Shown: positions 22,976 to 34,760 of the stretch, in pieces
How the letters are laid out: every line of letters starts with the position of its first letter
Position numbering within the stretch: position 1 is the stretch's first letter
Origin: Felis catus
Lineage: Eukaryota
DNA length: 64,000 nt
Reading direction: 5' to 3'
Assembly: GCF_018350175.1 (NCBI RefSeq)
Contig: NC_058373.1
Span: forward strand, 100,876,001 to 100,940,000
Notes under the pieces: generated by a model
Told to the model about the DNA's origin: nothing
The model's database searches: none
What the model saw: the letters and a program-made list of their open reading frames with translations, nothing else
Translations under genes and position numbers: made by a program

Positions 22976-23447
22976 AGAGCTAAACACATTGCACTGGAAA
23001 CACTTAACTGTCCATAGACTCACGTACCTATGGGGCCCCAATTTCCCTGGGTTCCAAAAGCACATTATTCCCAATTCACTTACTGCCATTGACCCACCAA
23101 TAGTCCTTTGCCATTTAAACCAGGTTTAGGAGACCCTCCATGTCCTCTCAGCCATCCTGGAACATTTTCATCTATAACTGAACCAACAGAGCGATGAATC
23201 CAGCTACCCTGTGGTAGGTTTGCTCTCATTTTGTTCAGGATACGGTAAGATCAAGACATAGATGGATTAAGGCTACTTAACATGGTCAGATGAGAGAGAA
23301 CTCCCATCTTGCCTGGGAAGAGGAAATGAGCACCTGGAGAATGGGCTGATGATGCTGAACTCATACCAGTGAGGTCTTGCTGTGGAAGTCCTGTGATAAC
23401 TGGGAAGTGTACCCTCAAGACAATGAGAATGTGTGAATGTGTATTTT

Positions 23448-23468
23448 GTGTGTGTGTGTGTGTATGTG
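23448..23468. repeat. (TG)n microsatellite
   Basis: Short imperfect TG run. Confidence 0.85.
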
Positions 23469-24214
23469 TAGCTGATGTGTGAACAAAGGACAGTTATGGC
23501 ATGGGAAAGCAGTGGAAGGAGGAGGAGTGGCTGCTGAATCCTAGGCAATTACCATTACAATATGGATGGCCCAAGATCTCCAAAGTTCAGTACTGTCCCA
23601 GCTATGAGCAAGGAGCATTATCTGACCACAGGGCCTCATCACAGGCTGCTTCCCTAGCATAAGATGAGATTGGGACTTCTTGGATGCTGGATATTGCACA
23701 GGTGGCCTCATTTTAAGAAAATTCAATAAACAAAAGACAATTTTTGAAATAATTCTGAGTTGGAATTTGATGGGGGCAAAGATCATATCCTATATTTCTT
23801 TCATACCCTTCACCCATTAGGCCCTCCATAAATACACATTGTTTCTCTGCTAAATAATTCATTTCAGGGCTCTTGGAAATAATGAGTTCCCCCAGCACTC
23901 TAAAGATACATTTCTATTTTCAAAGATTTCCTGGCAACTCTTTAGGGGTGTATCTATTCTACAGTCAAAAATACATCTGTAGACAATTTTAGTTCAACTA
24001 CACATATAACCAAACAGAATCAAATTCATGCATTCATAATGACTTATCATGATATTGCTCGGTTTGGAAGTTTTATTTTAATAGGCAATGTGTACTTTAT
24101 AATCAATGATTATATTCCTAAGTATATGGGAGGAAAAGGGAGCATAGGACATACTGTTATAGGAAAGTAGATACTTAAAATTTGAGTTAATTGTTCCAGG
24201 AAAATAGTTATTGA

Positions 24215-24446
24215 TTTTTTAAATGTTTTTATTTATTAATTTTGAGTGAGAGAGAGAGAGAGAGACAGAGAGAGAAGAGCACAAACGGGGGGGGGGGGCA
24301 GAGAGAGAGGAGGGAGAGAATCCCAAGAGGCTCTGTGCTGTCAGCACAGAACTTGACACAGGGCTTGATCTCACAAACCATGAGATCATGACCTGAGCCA
24401 AAATCAAGAGTTGGACATTTAACCCACTGAGCCACCCAGGTGCCCC
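24215..24446 (-). mobile_element. CAN-SINE with G12 homopolymer
   Basis: Reverse-complement SINE with an (AG)n tract and a G run at 24287-24298. Confidence 0.95.
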
Positions 24447-26064
24447 AGTTACAGCTTTTAAGGGTTCTCTTGGCTCTTAGAAGGTCAAGTTTCTCGGGGC
24501 CCAGTACTTGCTCAAAAGGGAAAGTGGATCTCCTGAATTTGAAGAACTTGTATTAATTCCAAGGACAAAATTCCTCTTCATCCTCTTTCTATGTTATAGT
24601 AGAACAGAGGTGACTCATCTGGTGGTAATGGTCCTTAATCCCTGGGGGAAGCCTGGGGTCCTTATAGGCTGTGCTGACTTGCTGTCCTCCAGGTTCAGAT
24701 CCTGAGGAACACACACCAGTCCAGAACCCCCCCATAGCCATCGGGAGCCTTTCTTCTCCAAGTCTGCAAAGGATGACTTTTCATCTCTAAGGAATCTTTA
24801 TTTTGTGCAATGAACCAAAAGTTAAGAGGCCCTTTTCCAAAAAAGCTTTGTAACTTTATTTTTTTATTCTTTCTAAAACTCCAGATTTTAACTTCTTCTA
24901 CTGTTGGGCTTATGGTTGGGTTCATAGACACAACCTCCATTTTGGCATTTCTGGAGCTAGAAATGTTTCAGAGGAGGGTGATGGGGAGGGGAGCTAAAGA
25001 ATGCTATCCTATAAGGAGCTGGATTTATTTTGCTCTTTGGTTTTCTAACTTCTGGTGTCTGTCTCCTTGTACCATTGCTGTAGTACATTATGACCACAAA
25101 TATTTCTCTCCCTGATGGAGTGCTGTGTAGCATGTTCCCAGAGAGACGAGTTGTTTGAAGTGAATACGTTCGCTCCTTGAGCTATGCTAAGAACAGACTT
25201 TTATGCACTTATACCTGTGTGGCCACCCAGACTGTAAGCATCTTGGAACTTTGGGGCTCATAATTCAAGGAAACCACTTTTATGCACAAATGAGAAATAC
25301 ATCCCTGGTTCGTGCATCACTGAGGGCTGGGCCATGAGGAAATGGCAGCCACAGCTCACAGAAGAAACAAGAAAACCACAGCTTTGCCTGCAAAATTGGC
25401 TGCTTGAAGCAAAGTGTGCTAGCACTTTGGGCAGGTTATATGCTCAAATTTGCTAAATCATTTATAAGAATCTCTTTTAAAAACAGAAATCTTTCCTTAA
25501 GCATCTGTGTTCTGAATTAGACACATCTCTATTTAAACTTCTTTAGGCTTTATTATTATGGTGAAGTGCAGGTGCAAGTGTGGAAAAGCAAACATTTGAG
25601 AAAAGCTATGGTCTTTATAGAGCAACAGGGCTCAATTTTCAATCATCTGATGCTTTCCAATGGGTGAGCAGAAACCTTAAAGGATTGCATTCTCTTTAGG
25701 ACAATGAGATTGTAAAATAGTCCATTATTTTGACTTGTTAAAACAGGTAATAGAAAACTATTTCACGAATTCTTTTTAGGCACAAGGGTGTCATGGAAGT
25801 CTTTTCTAATGGGCTGTTCCGCTGGAGTATGAGTGAGAGCAGGCTGCAGCTGGCCAGGAAGAAGGTCTTGAAATACAGCTAAAAATGAAGACCTAATTGA
25901 TTCTCCAGGTCTAGGCAGGTGAAGAATCGAGTCCAGAAAAGTCTGTCTAGGCAAAAAGAGCAGGTAGATTACAATAAGTAGGAATACAGGTGTTAGAGTT
26001 GAGTGTTGGTCCTTAGGTAGAGGTCACGTTTTCTTTGCTTGATTCTGTGCTTCCTGTCACGTAT

Positions 26065-26293
26065 GGCTAGACCTGAGTTAATAGGTTCTGATTCCTAGAC
26101 TGTCCTTGACATCCTATACTTTACAGCCACCTTCTCTTGCCAACTGCCTGCCCTGTGGATGTCAAGCTCCACGTTGCATGTGTAGACAACAACCTCACAG
26201 AGACTGTTTACCCAGCTTCCCCAACAGTACAAGGTCAATTCCTTCTAACAAATCTCTACTGGTTCTGCTTCTTGGGTTGAATCCTGACTGACA
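26065..26293 (+). mobile_element. ERVL LTR 3' part (MLT2-like)
   Basis: ccaactgcctgccctgtggat ... ggtcaattccttctaacaaatctctactggttctgcttct ... gaatcctgactgaca. Confidence 0.6.
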
Positions 26294-26359
26294 TGGTTTC
26301 TTGCAGGTCAACTCTACAACAAGGTCCATGCTCTAGCATCAAGACTTAGGTTCTATATT

Positions 26360-26525
26360 CTACAATGCTATGTTATTTGATTCTTACCTATGAGATAAAC
26401 AAGGTAGGAACTCTTGTCCCATCTTACTGAAGGGGGATCTAAGGTCCTGTGAAGTCTGAAGACCTATCCACAGATTGCACAGCATTAGAAGCCAGACCAT
26501 TGGACTTCAGTTAAGTGCCCTAAAG
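26360..26525 (-). mobile_element. MIR fragment
   Basis: tgttatttgattctt ... cccatcttactgaagggg ... ccacagattgcacagc. Confidence 0.5.
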
Positions 26526-26677
26526 TTATTCTGAGCTTCAATGTTAGATATTTTGGTGTTAGATCTTTTGGGCAAGGTCAGCCTTCTCCATGTGTAGTTT
26601 GAGCTGAGATTTCTCAGTGAGAGTCAAATTATAATGGAGCTTGATTTGACTTTTCCTTCTCTTTGCTTGGTACTTGC

Positions 26678-27048
26678 TGTTATAGACTGAATTTTTGTTT
26701 CCCCCACACCCCAAATTCACATTTTCTATTTTAACCCCCAATATAACATTATTAGGAGATAGGACTTCTGGGAGGTGATTAGGTCATGAGGGAGGAACCC
26801 TCATGAATGGGATTAGTGTCCTTATAAAAGAGACCCCAGAGAACTCCATGGAGTCTTCTGCCGAGTGAGGACACAGCTAGAAGACAATTGTCTATAAACC
26901 AGGGTGCAGGTCCTCACTAAACACTAAATCTGCTAGTGCCTTGATATTGGACTTCCCAGCTCCTGGAACAGTAAGAGGTAATATTCTGTTGTTTGTAAGT
27001 CACCCTGTCTATGTTACTCTGTTACAGCAGCCTGAATGAACTAAGACA
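26678..27048 (+). mobile_element. Full-length MaLR solo LTR (MLT1A-like)
   Basis: 371 bp with TG...CA termini (tgttatagactgaat ... gcagcctgaatgaactaagaca). Contains gggaggtgattaggtcatgaggg and gggattagtgtccttataaaagagacc. Confidence 0.9.
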
Positions 27049-27365
27049 GCTGCTGCTGAATTTTTTCAAGGGTCACATGTGCACTGCTCATTAACATTTT
27101 CTTATCTTTCATAGTCAAAGGTGCTACTGTCTAGGGTGAAGGAGCCTAATATTGCTTTCTCCTAGTCAGGCACCTTGTGAAGGAAGCAGGACAATTTGAG
27201 GAAAATCAATAATATAAAGTCTTCCAGTAGCTTATAAAACAGATGCGATATATTTGTATGGGAATGACATGATCAGGGTAAATTCTAGAAAACATTAACA
27301 CATTAATTAATCTTTTGCCTATGGGCAGAAAAAACTATTTTTTTCCTTCATTAAAACTGAATCTT

Positions 27366-27557
27366 GTGGCAGCTGGGTGGCTCATTTGGTTATGCGTCTG
27401 ATTCTTGATTTCCGTGTAGGTCATGATTTCACGATTTGTGAGTTCAAGCTCCACACTGGGGTCTGAGCTGAGCCTTCTTGGGATTCTCTCTCTCCCTCTC
27501 TCTCTGCCTCTCCCCCACTTGTGCTCTATCTCTCTCAACAAATAACATTAAAAAAAA
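27366..27557 (+). mobile_element. CAN-SINE
   Basis: Diverged head, CT tract and A tail. Degenerate TSD ct(g/a)aatctt. Confidence 0.92.
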
Positions 27558-27619
27558 ACACCTAAATCTTACCTAAAACTTCTTTGCAGCAGTTCTTGTT
27601 ACACATGAACCACACATAC

Positions 27620-27715
27620 TGTCCTGTCTACCTTGCTTATGATTATCTCTAGCACCTGCTACATCAACAGTGCTTAGTGCATAGTAAGCATTCAAAACAC
27701 ATTGACAGAATAAAT
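27620..27715 (+). mobile_element. L2 3' end
   Basis: acagtgcttagtgcatagtaagcattcaaaacacattgacagaataaatg. Confidence 0.55.
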
Positions 27716-27877
27716 GGTTTTTAGGTAAATTGATTGAAATCCCCAAAGATGAGTATTTCTGTCCTATAACAATAGCTAATACTGGGATACTATTTTATAG
27801 CTTATTCCTTGATTTTGGAAATTCATAACAATGGCAGTGACAACCATGACGACAATGATAGCAAACGCACAGCAATT

Positions 27878-28050
27878 TCATGTATTATCTCATTTCATTT
27901 TTTATGAAAAACTTTTAAGTAAGTAATAGCGTCACCTCAAATAAGAAAATTGAGGCACAGAGAGTTTAAGTAGCTTACTTAAATTCACACAGCTGGTTAG
28001 TAGTGAAGCGAGGTCCAGATCCAGGCTACGTTCTTCAAAAGTATAGTTAA
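27878..28050 (-). mobile_element. MIR
   Basis: tcatgtattatctcattt ... aagaaaattgaggcacagagagtttaagtagcttacttaaattcacacagctggttagt. Confidence 0.8.
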
Positions 28051-29144
28051 TTATTATCCTGTGATAATTGTTCATACTTGAATTAAATTATAAATCTAGT
28101 TTAAGCAATGAATATGTTAAGAGCCATTGCCAGTTTGTGGCTATTTCATCCCCACTCTTGTTTATTCACATATGTGTATTAGACATGTCTATACATGTAC
28201 ACACATAAGCATGTGTATATACACACAGATGTTTGCTCTTATGATAAATCTCTTTCCCAAACACTGCATAATAATCACATAGGGATTAGCCATAAAAAGG
28301 TTGAATATCCCTAAGTTCAGGAGCTTCCCTCTCATGTGGCTCTACTACTATCTTTACATTGACTGGAATTCCCTACTATTTTTTGGAAGAAGATGAGAAA
28401 TGTGAATTGGAAGAGAGTGGGTGAGGCCACGTAGAAGCTGTGGGGCCACAGGGTAGGAAGAAAGAGGAGGAAGGAAGGGGTATTTTTAATAGCTTTCAAG
28501 CTGAAACCCACTCAATAGACATTAAATAGTAACAGTCCTCCTTAAAGTTTTAACAATGGAATGGGAGGAAAGGAATTTTCAAGACACAAGAGGCCAGGAC
28601 GCTGAGTAAGGACTCTGGGTATGATGTGTGTAAGCACAGAGTCCTTAGGGAAGGAAACTCTCTTGAATTATCTGTCACATTGAAATGAATTGAAAAATAT
28701 AGTAAAGCAATAATTTTGAAAATTTGGGAGCTGGCTAGTCTCTTAATCTCATTGGTTCCAATCCCCTCTGCCTCCACCACCATTTCCCCACTGTTTATCT
28801 CAACTACTCTGCTTTCTTGCTCAGCTCTCTCTGAGTGATCCAGGTTCTACCATATTACCTTGGTCATCAAATACACTGACCATGAGGCAAAGCTCAGCTC
28901 ATTGAATCTAGTGCTATTTCTCATTTGCTAGAAATAACAGGGGTTTCTAGTGCTGTTATAAAGCTTATCTGCTCATGTTATTTCTCAATATCAAATCACA
29001 GTAGAAAAACAGAATTCCCCCTGCTTAACATAGGTAGGATTACACTTGGGAGTGTTGATGACTTAAGCAAAGATTTTCCACCTACAGCCAACTGATTGAT
29101 GGCTTATCCATCTGCATATAAAACCATTGTTTAAATCTTGGTTC

Positions 29145-29176
29145 TGTTTGAAAGAAGGAAAGAAAGAAAGAAAGAG

Positions 29177-29239
<63 letters not shown>

Positions 29240-29658
29240 AAGAAAGAGAGAAAGAAAAGAAAGAAAAGAAAAAAAGAAAAGAAACAACAGGCCCAAAATG
29301 GAGTCACTTGTGCTTAGCTCACATCACCAAACTGAGACCTAATACTTAACCTAATTGCAGTTTCAGCCGCTCCCAGGAATGTAATCTTAACCAGTCAGTC
29401 TGGAATTTCCTGGTCAGCACTAGTGAGGTAATCCACCTGATAGACCCCTGCCATCCCCCAAAGGAAGGTGACCTTGCCTGAAACAATCCACTCTTTGCTT
29501 GTAACTTCCTGGTCCCACCCCCTTCTGCCTATAAAAGTCTTCCATTTTGTACAGCTCCTTGGAGCTCTTTTCTATTTGCTAGATGGGATGCTGCCCAACT
29601 CATGAATCATTGAATAAAGCCAATTAGATGTTTAAGTTTACTCAGTAGAATTTTAACA
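29145..29658 (+). mobile_element. Carnivore ERV1-type solo LTR with an expanded (GAAA)n at its 5' end
   Basis: TG...CA termini and near-TSD GTTC/GTTT. Contains aacaggcccaaaatggagtcac, TATAAAA at 29530 and AATAAA at 29613. Confidence 0.75.
29150..29284. repeat. Compound (GAAA)n/(GA)n microsatellite
   Basis: About 135 bp of pure purine repeat. Confidence 0.97.
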
Positions 29659-30289
29659 GTTTGTATGGGTCACATCACCTGCAGTTTCCAAACAACTGCA
29701 TATTTTCTTCTAAAGTAAAAATACAAAACAACGAAAATGAATACTTGCAAATTAACTTCTTATTTCTCTCCTGTTCAACAAACCTAGAGGAGCCTGTCAC
29801 TTGTTATGTTAAGTACTCTGTGGCTAGATCTAGTCTGTGGTTTGTTCCCATGTTTTCTTCTCACAGCTAGAGGAGAAAGCCTATCCCAGCAGGTGTCATA
29901 AACACCAATTTCATTACCATTTAGATCTTATTATATGACTAGACATGATGGGTTTTTTTACTTTCCCTAGAAAACTGTGAGTGTGTTTTTGAGGCAAGTA
30001 AAATGAAATTTTTACATGTTTTTCTGTTTTTGCGGTTGATGCTAAATTCTCCATCAATTTGCTCCATACTTGGGCATCAGAAATTGCTTTCTATTCAACT
30101 TCTGTTCCCAGCTTAAAAATACTATGTCTACATTCCTCAAGGTATAATGTACAAATACATATGTATGTATACACACATGTACACTATTAAGCCATTTCTA
30201 ATTTGAATAGCATTCAGATTGGTGGTATGTCTAAATGTCTAAAGAATAGCCAACATACTATGTGAATTATGCTACGCCCTGAGCCCTCA

Positions 30290-31215
30290 TTAGTTCTCAC
30301 CTAAACCACTGTGCTAGATTCCTAAATAGACCTCCTGGTTTTTTCTTTGACTCTTGACAGCTGTTTTCTACACAATAGCCAGAGTAATTTTAAAAAGTAA
30401 ATCAGACCATATCACTCCCCTGCTTATTGTTTTCTTGCAGCTTTCCCTTACAATGGGAGGAGAATTCAAATAACTTACTATCATCTACACAGTCCTACAT
30501 GATCTGGATCCTGGCTTTCTCTCTGAGCTGATCTCACAAGGGCACCTGGGCTTCACTCTACTTCAGGATAAAAATTTTTAGTACCTCAGGGGCCCTTCCA
30601 CCAGCCCTTTCCCCTGCCTAAACTTCTCTTCCTCCAGATCATAGCATGGCTGGCTTTTTCTCTTCATTCAAGTCTTTAGCTCAAATGACATTTTCCAAGA
30701 GAGGATCTCCCTACTTGCTCTGGCTAAATTAGCTGCTCCTCCCCAGCTTCTCTATTACTCTACTTTTATATTCCTTACAGAATTTGTCATTGCCTAAAAT
30801 TATCTTATGTATTATTTGTCAGACTTTTAAAAAAAATGTTTATTTATTTTTGAGAGAGAGAGACAGAGCATGAGTTGGGGAGGGTCAGAGAGAGAGAGAG
30901 GGAGACACAGAGTCTGAAGCAGGCTCCAGGCTCTGAGCTGTCAGCACAGAGTCTGACCTGGGGCTCGAACTCACAAACTGTAAGATCATGACCTGAGCTG
31001 AAGTTGGATGCTTAACCAGCTGAGCCAGCCACCCAGGCACCCCGTCTTATGTATTATTTGTGAAAATGTGTGTTGTGTGTTTCCCCACAAGAATTCAAGT
31101 GCCATGAAGGCTATGCCCTTATCTGCTTTTCCCTACTGTATTGCACTGCCTAAAATCATACAGGCATATTTTAGGGGCTCAAAGAATTATTTGATGAATA
31201 GAGGAACAAATGAAT
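30290..31215 (+). mobile_element. L2 3' region interrupted by a SINE
   Basis: cacaatagccagagtaatttt ... aaatcagaccatatcactcccctgctt, tcttcattcaagtctttagctcaaatgaca, and the end ctcaaagaattatttgatgaata. Confidence 0.8.
30825..31043 (-). mobile_element. CAN-SINE
   Basis: Reverse-complement SINE. Direct repeat TCTTATGTATTATTTGT at 30803-30819 and 31045-31061. Confidence 0.96.
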
Positions 31216-31369
31216 AATTCCACTTTAAAGACAGTTCTGTGTAAATTTGTGATTTGGTGCCAGCTTCTTTATTTGAAAAACTTTAATCATAATTACCAGT
31301 GCTGATTGGTAATTAGGGAATATTTTAGTTGGAAATATTGTACAATCATTATTCCAAGGAAGCATTCCC

Positions 31370-31785
31370 TTAGCAACATCCCTGTCAAGGGTCATCTAGT
31401 TTCTATTAAAATATTTCCAGTGTTGAAAAGCTCACTTCTTATTTATGCAGCATGTTCAGATGTTAGACAACTATTTTTCTCTAAAATAAACTAAAATCTT
31501 CTTCCCATTATGCTGAATATTAACTCTAGTTCTGTCTTGAGGGTTACGTGTCTTTTTTTTCTCTCTCCCACATGGAATTAGTATTTCATGTAGTCTTTTC
31601 TCGGCTAAACTTCTTTTGTAATCTCAATGATTCCTTATATGACACTTTTAACAGGATCTTCATTGTTATAATATTTTTCAAAAAACGTTTGCTTCCTTCT
31701 CCTTTATCCTGAATCCATCCTTCTCTGCCAACATTCTTATTAAATTCTGCCACCCAAAGTGGAGCACAATATAAAGCTATTTGAG
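31370..31785 (-). mobile_element. CR1/L3 relic
   Basis: gttagacaactatttttctctaaaataaactaaaatctt, cttttctcggctaaac and ttaaattctgccacccaaagtggagcacaata resemble the reverse-complemented CR1 3' region. Confidence 0.55.
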
Positions 31786-34384
31786 CATGGAAAACAATCA
31801 GAGGTCAAAGAAATCATGAAGAGGTTGAACATCGTGAGAGTTCCCTAGTAAAGAGAGGTCATTTTTACCAATAAGACTTCTTTTTTCACTTTGTCCTTTC
31901 TTTTAACCATATTGGTGTTTCCCTAACTATAGACTTGATGGAAGGAATCATGACAGGTCATTAGATCTCTCCCTTCATCCCAGCATGCATATAGATGGAC
32001 TTTGCAGGTGTAACTATTTCCCCCTGGACCCTGGATAGGACATCATTCTCTCTGGGAGAAAGGGGTCATTGACCCCTTTGCTTTAAAGTACTACTCCATC
32101 TTCAGTCCAGAATCTCAACAAATATAGATTAATTTTCCAACACTTAATAGTGTCTCAAATGCAATATTCCTTCATTTTTTCCTCATCTCCTCTCAACTTC
32201 AATAATAACCACAGTACAAATGCTGGATTCATAGTAGAAACTAAGTGGTGACTCTCCATCAAACAAAAAAGTGATCAAATGGATACTCTCTCTTTCCTTG
32301 GATTTCTCTAGCAGTACTTTGGCCTGTACACTTTGAATGGCATGTGAATTACTTGGCCATGTTGAAATGGCTTGAATGAATTCCAAGAAACCACTGAAGT
32401 CAAAGTCAAAACCAACCAACAAACAAAAGACACTTAAATTTTTTTTTAAGTGGGCCAAGAAATGTTTATTTTTTTCTGTTCCAAATGAATAGCTTTCTTA
32501 AAATCTATTTCTGAGTAGTCAAGTACTTTTCTGAAAATTGAAAACCATTTGATTCTAATTTCTTGAGTGGTAGTGATTATTTCATAAAAAAATAGAGGTC
32601 TTCAATGAACAAGTGATTCTCTATAAACAGTGTTGTCCCAATCATGAGGTAATTGACCTTATCAAGCCTCATGGCTTGGGGACCCCTCTGCTGTTGACAG
32701 ATGGGCAGAGAGAGAGAAGGTGGTTTCACAAGCCTAAAAGGGACATGATGCTTTTAGACCTATTTTCAGTCATTGCAGTATTCACTGCCAGCATTTTACT
32801 CAAGGCCCAGAGTTGGATGACACTTTCTACTTCCATACACACCTCTTGGCTGGCTTCTTAGACTTGGACAAGTGATTTCTTTTCCTATCCAAATCCACCT
32901 TTAATCTCTATTTCAACCACATAAAATTTTACAGCTATAATGATGGCAGATAGAAGCTATGAAATTTACCCGAGTGATGTCTCTGAGCACCTCATTTAAC
33001 CGGTTTTATGAATAGACCACCTCTAGCTCTCCTAGTACTTCCCTGAAGATCTGATGGTCAGCTGGTGTGGAACTTAGACATCACTTAAGCTGGAAATTCT
33101 AAAGGGATTCAGTTCAAGATTTTTTTTTTTTTTTTTTTTTTTTACCTTCAAGGTTACTCATTTGTGCACACTTACAGGAAAAGAAAGATTTCAATATCAG
33201 GTTTATTATTGATTCCAGAAAGGATAGTTTAAATGTTTTTAGTTTTTTTTCTGATAGTCATGGTGGTTTTATGTGAACACGGAAACTCCTCTGTGATCAT
33301 TGCTAATGAATTGCCCTTGAAGGAATGAAGAAAAAAGGAGAGAGGTGTAGGCAAAAGAATAAATGTGACAACGATGATGCTGCCTGAACCCAGACATGTT
33401 GTAGAGGTTGGAGTGAGAATTCAATGAGATGAGCTAGAGGATTGGTAAAGTACAAGGAAATTATTGTATCATCTGTTTAATAGTACTCCAGGGAGAAGAT
33501 GCACTAGTTTGCTAGAAAAAAAGCCAGAGAAGATTTATTTGGTAATGTGTGGCCCATCTTTCACAACGGAGAAAATTAGATCTAAATCCATGAGGTAGAG
33601 CTAGCAAATATATGTTAGAGGACTTTTCTTTGTTACTGGAATGTCACCATTCTATGTAAAAACCGAAAGCTCCTAAAGACAGTACACGAAATCAAAGATA
33701 CACAAGTCTCAACGATTACACCTCTTTGTTAGATGATAATCTTTTCCAAGGGAGTGTTCTATTGCTACTGCTCATGTGGAGTTTTTACTTAAATGTTCTT
33801 GAAGAATCTATTTAGAATGGGAATAAGTGTAATAAAAGATGCAAGAATTGTGGGAAATGGTGTTTTGTGGTCAAGATCTTTAAATTGCAGTCTTCATCTT
33901 AAAATCAGAGAGCTGGTGTAAACACCAATGAACAGTCACTTGTGGGGTAGCCAGTGTTTTGTACCCATTTTAGAGATAGTGCATTAGAAGGAACTTAGAG
34001 TAAAACTATATCAAAAAGCAAATTTTGGTTACCTTCGTTAGATAATTTCTTCTAGGCTAGATCAAGACCACCAAAAATTGCAAGATGGCATGTAGTGATA
34101 GGAAAATGAGAGGCAGAAGATCTGGTGGGTGCAATTTTCCTTTGGGTGCAGACAGCTGAAATTACAGAATATAGTGCTTGTTCTAGTGGGTTTGCTCTAT
34201 TTATTTCTTGTTTATGAATTCAGACAGGCCTGTCATTGCTTTCTCATTAGCGTCTGATTCTTTTCTTTATCCGTCCGGCTACTTGGGGGTCTTTGTTCAT
34301 CCGTGTATCATAGTTGAAGTTGGCTTGGGTTCAAATCCCAGCTCTGTAACTTACAAGTTGTACAGCATTAGGGTTGCCACTTTC

Positions 34385-34760
34385 CTTAGCCCATTGTTAG
34401 CCTGGAAAACAAAGCCTGAGGCCAAATTATGTTGTCACTTAGTGGGAAGTGTCATGGAGAAGGAAAAAGAGAGTGAGGCGGCACAGGAAGAAGAGCAAGT
34501 AAGTGCAGAGGGGTACATTCCCAAGCTGGCCCCAGATTTGTAACCAGCATTGATGACTAGTCAATCTTTCAGGACAGCTTCAGAGAGGCTGCATGAACTA
34601 TTATGTCTCAGAACAGTCCACTCATGGGAAGAAAGAGAAGGATTTAACCTTCATCTTTCATCTCCCATTGGTCAAAATTTACCCCCACAGTTCCTCTACA
34701 CTTCTTGGTTGTACCAGCTGGTCCTCCTGACAGCTACTGTGAAAGCACAGACCCAAGATG
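34385..34760 (-). mobile_element. Old ERVL LTR (LTR33/LTR16-like)
   Basis: cctggaaaacaaagcctgaggc ... gggtacattcccaagctggcc ... tcccattggtcaa. Confidence 0.45.

Noticed and set aside
28165..28230. Purine-pyrimidine alternating, quasi-palindromic patch (also 30150-30185)
   Set aside because: Degenerate CA/TA/TG low-complexity sequence that is self-complementary trivially.
29063..29342. Lys/Glu/Arg-rich and Phe/Leu/Ser-rich ORFs (also 62079-62276 and 58924-59115)
   Set aside because: Stop-free translations of GAAA and GA microsatellites.
33110..33156. Poly(T)24 (and similar runs at 40796 and 51993) as tail-only insertions
   Set aside because: Flanking repeats are only 6-9 bp and imperfect, so they are not convincing TSDs.
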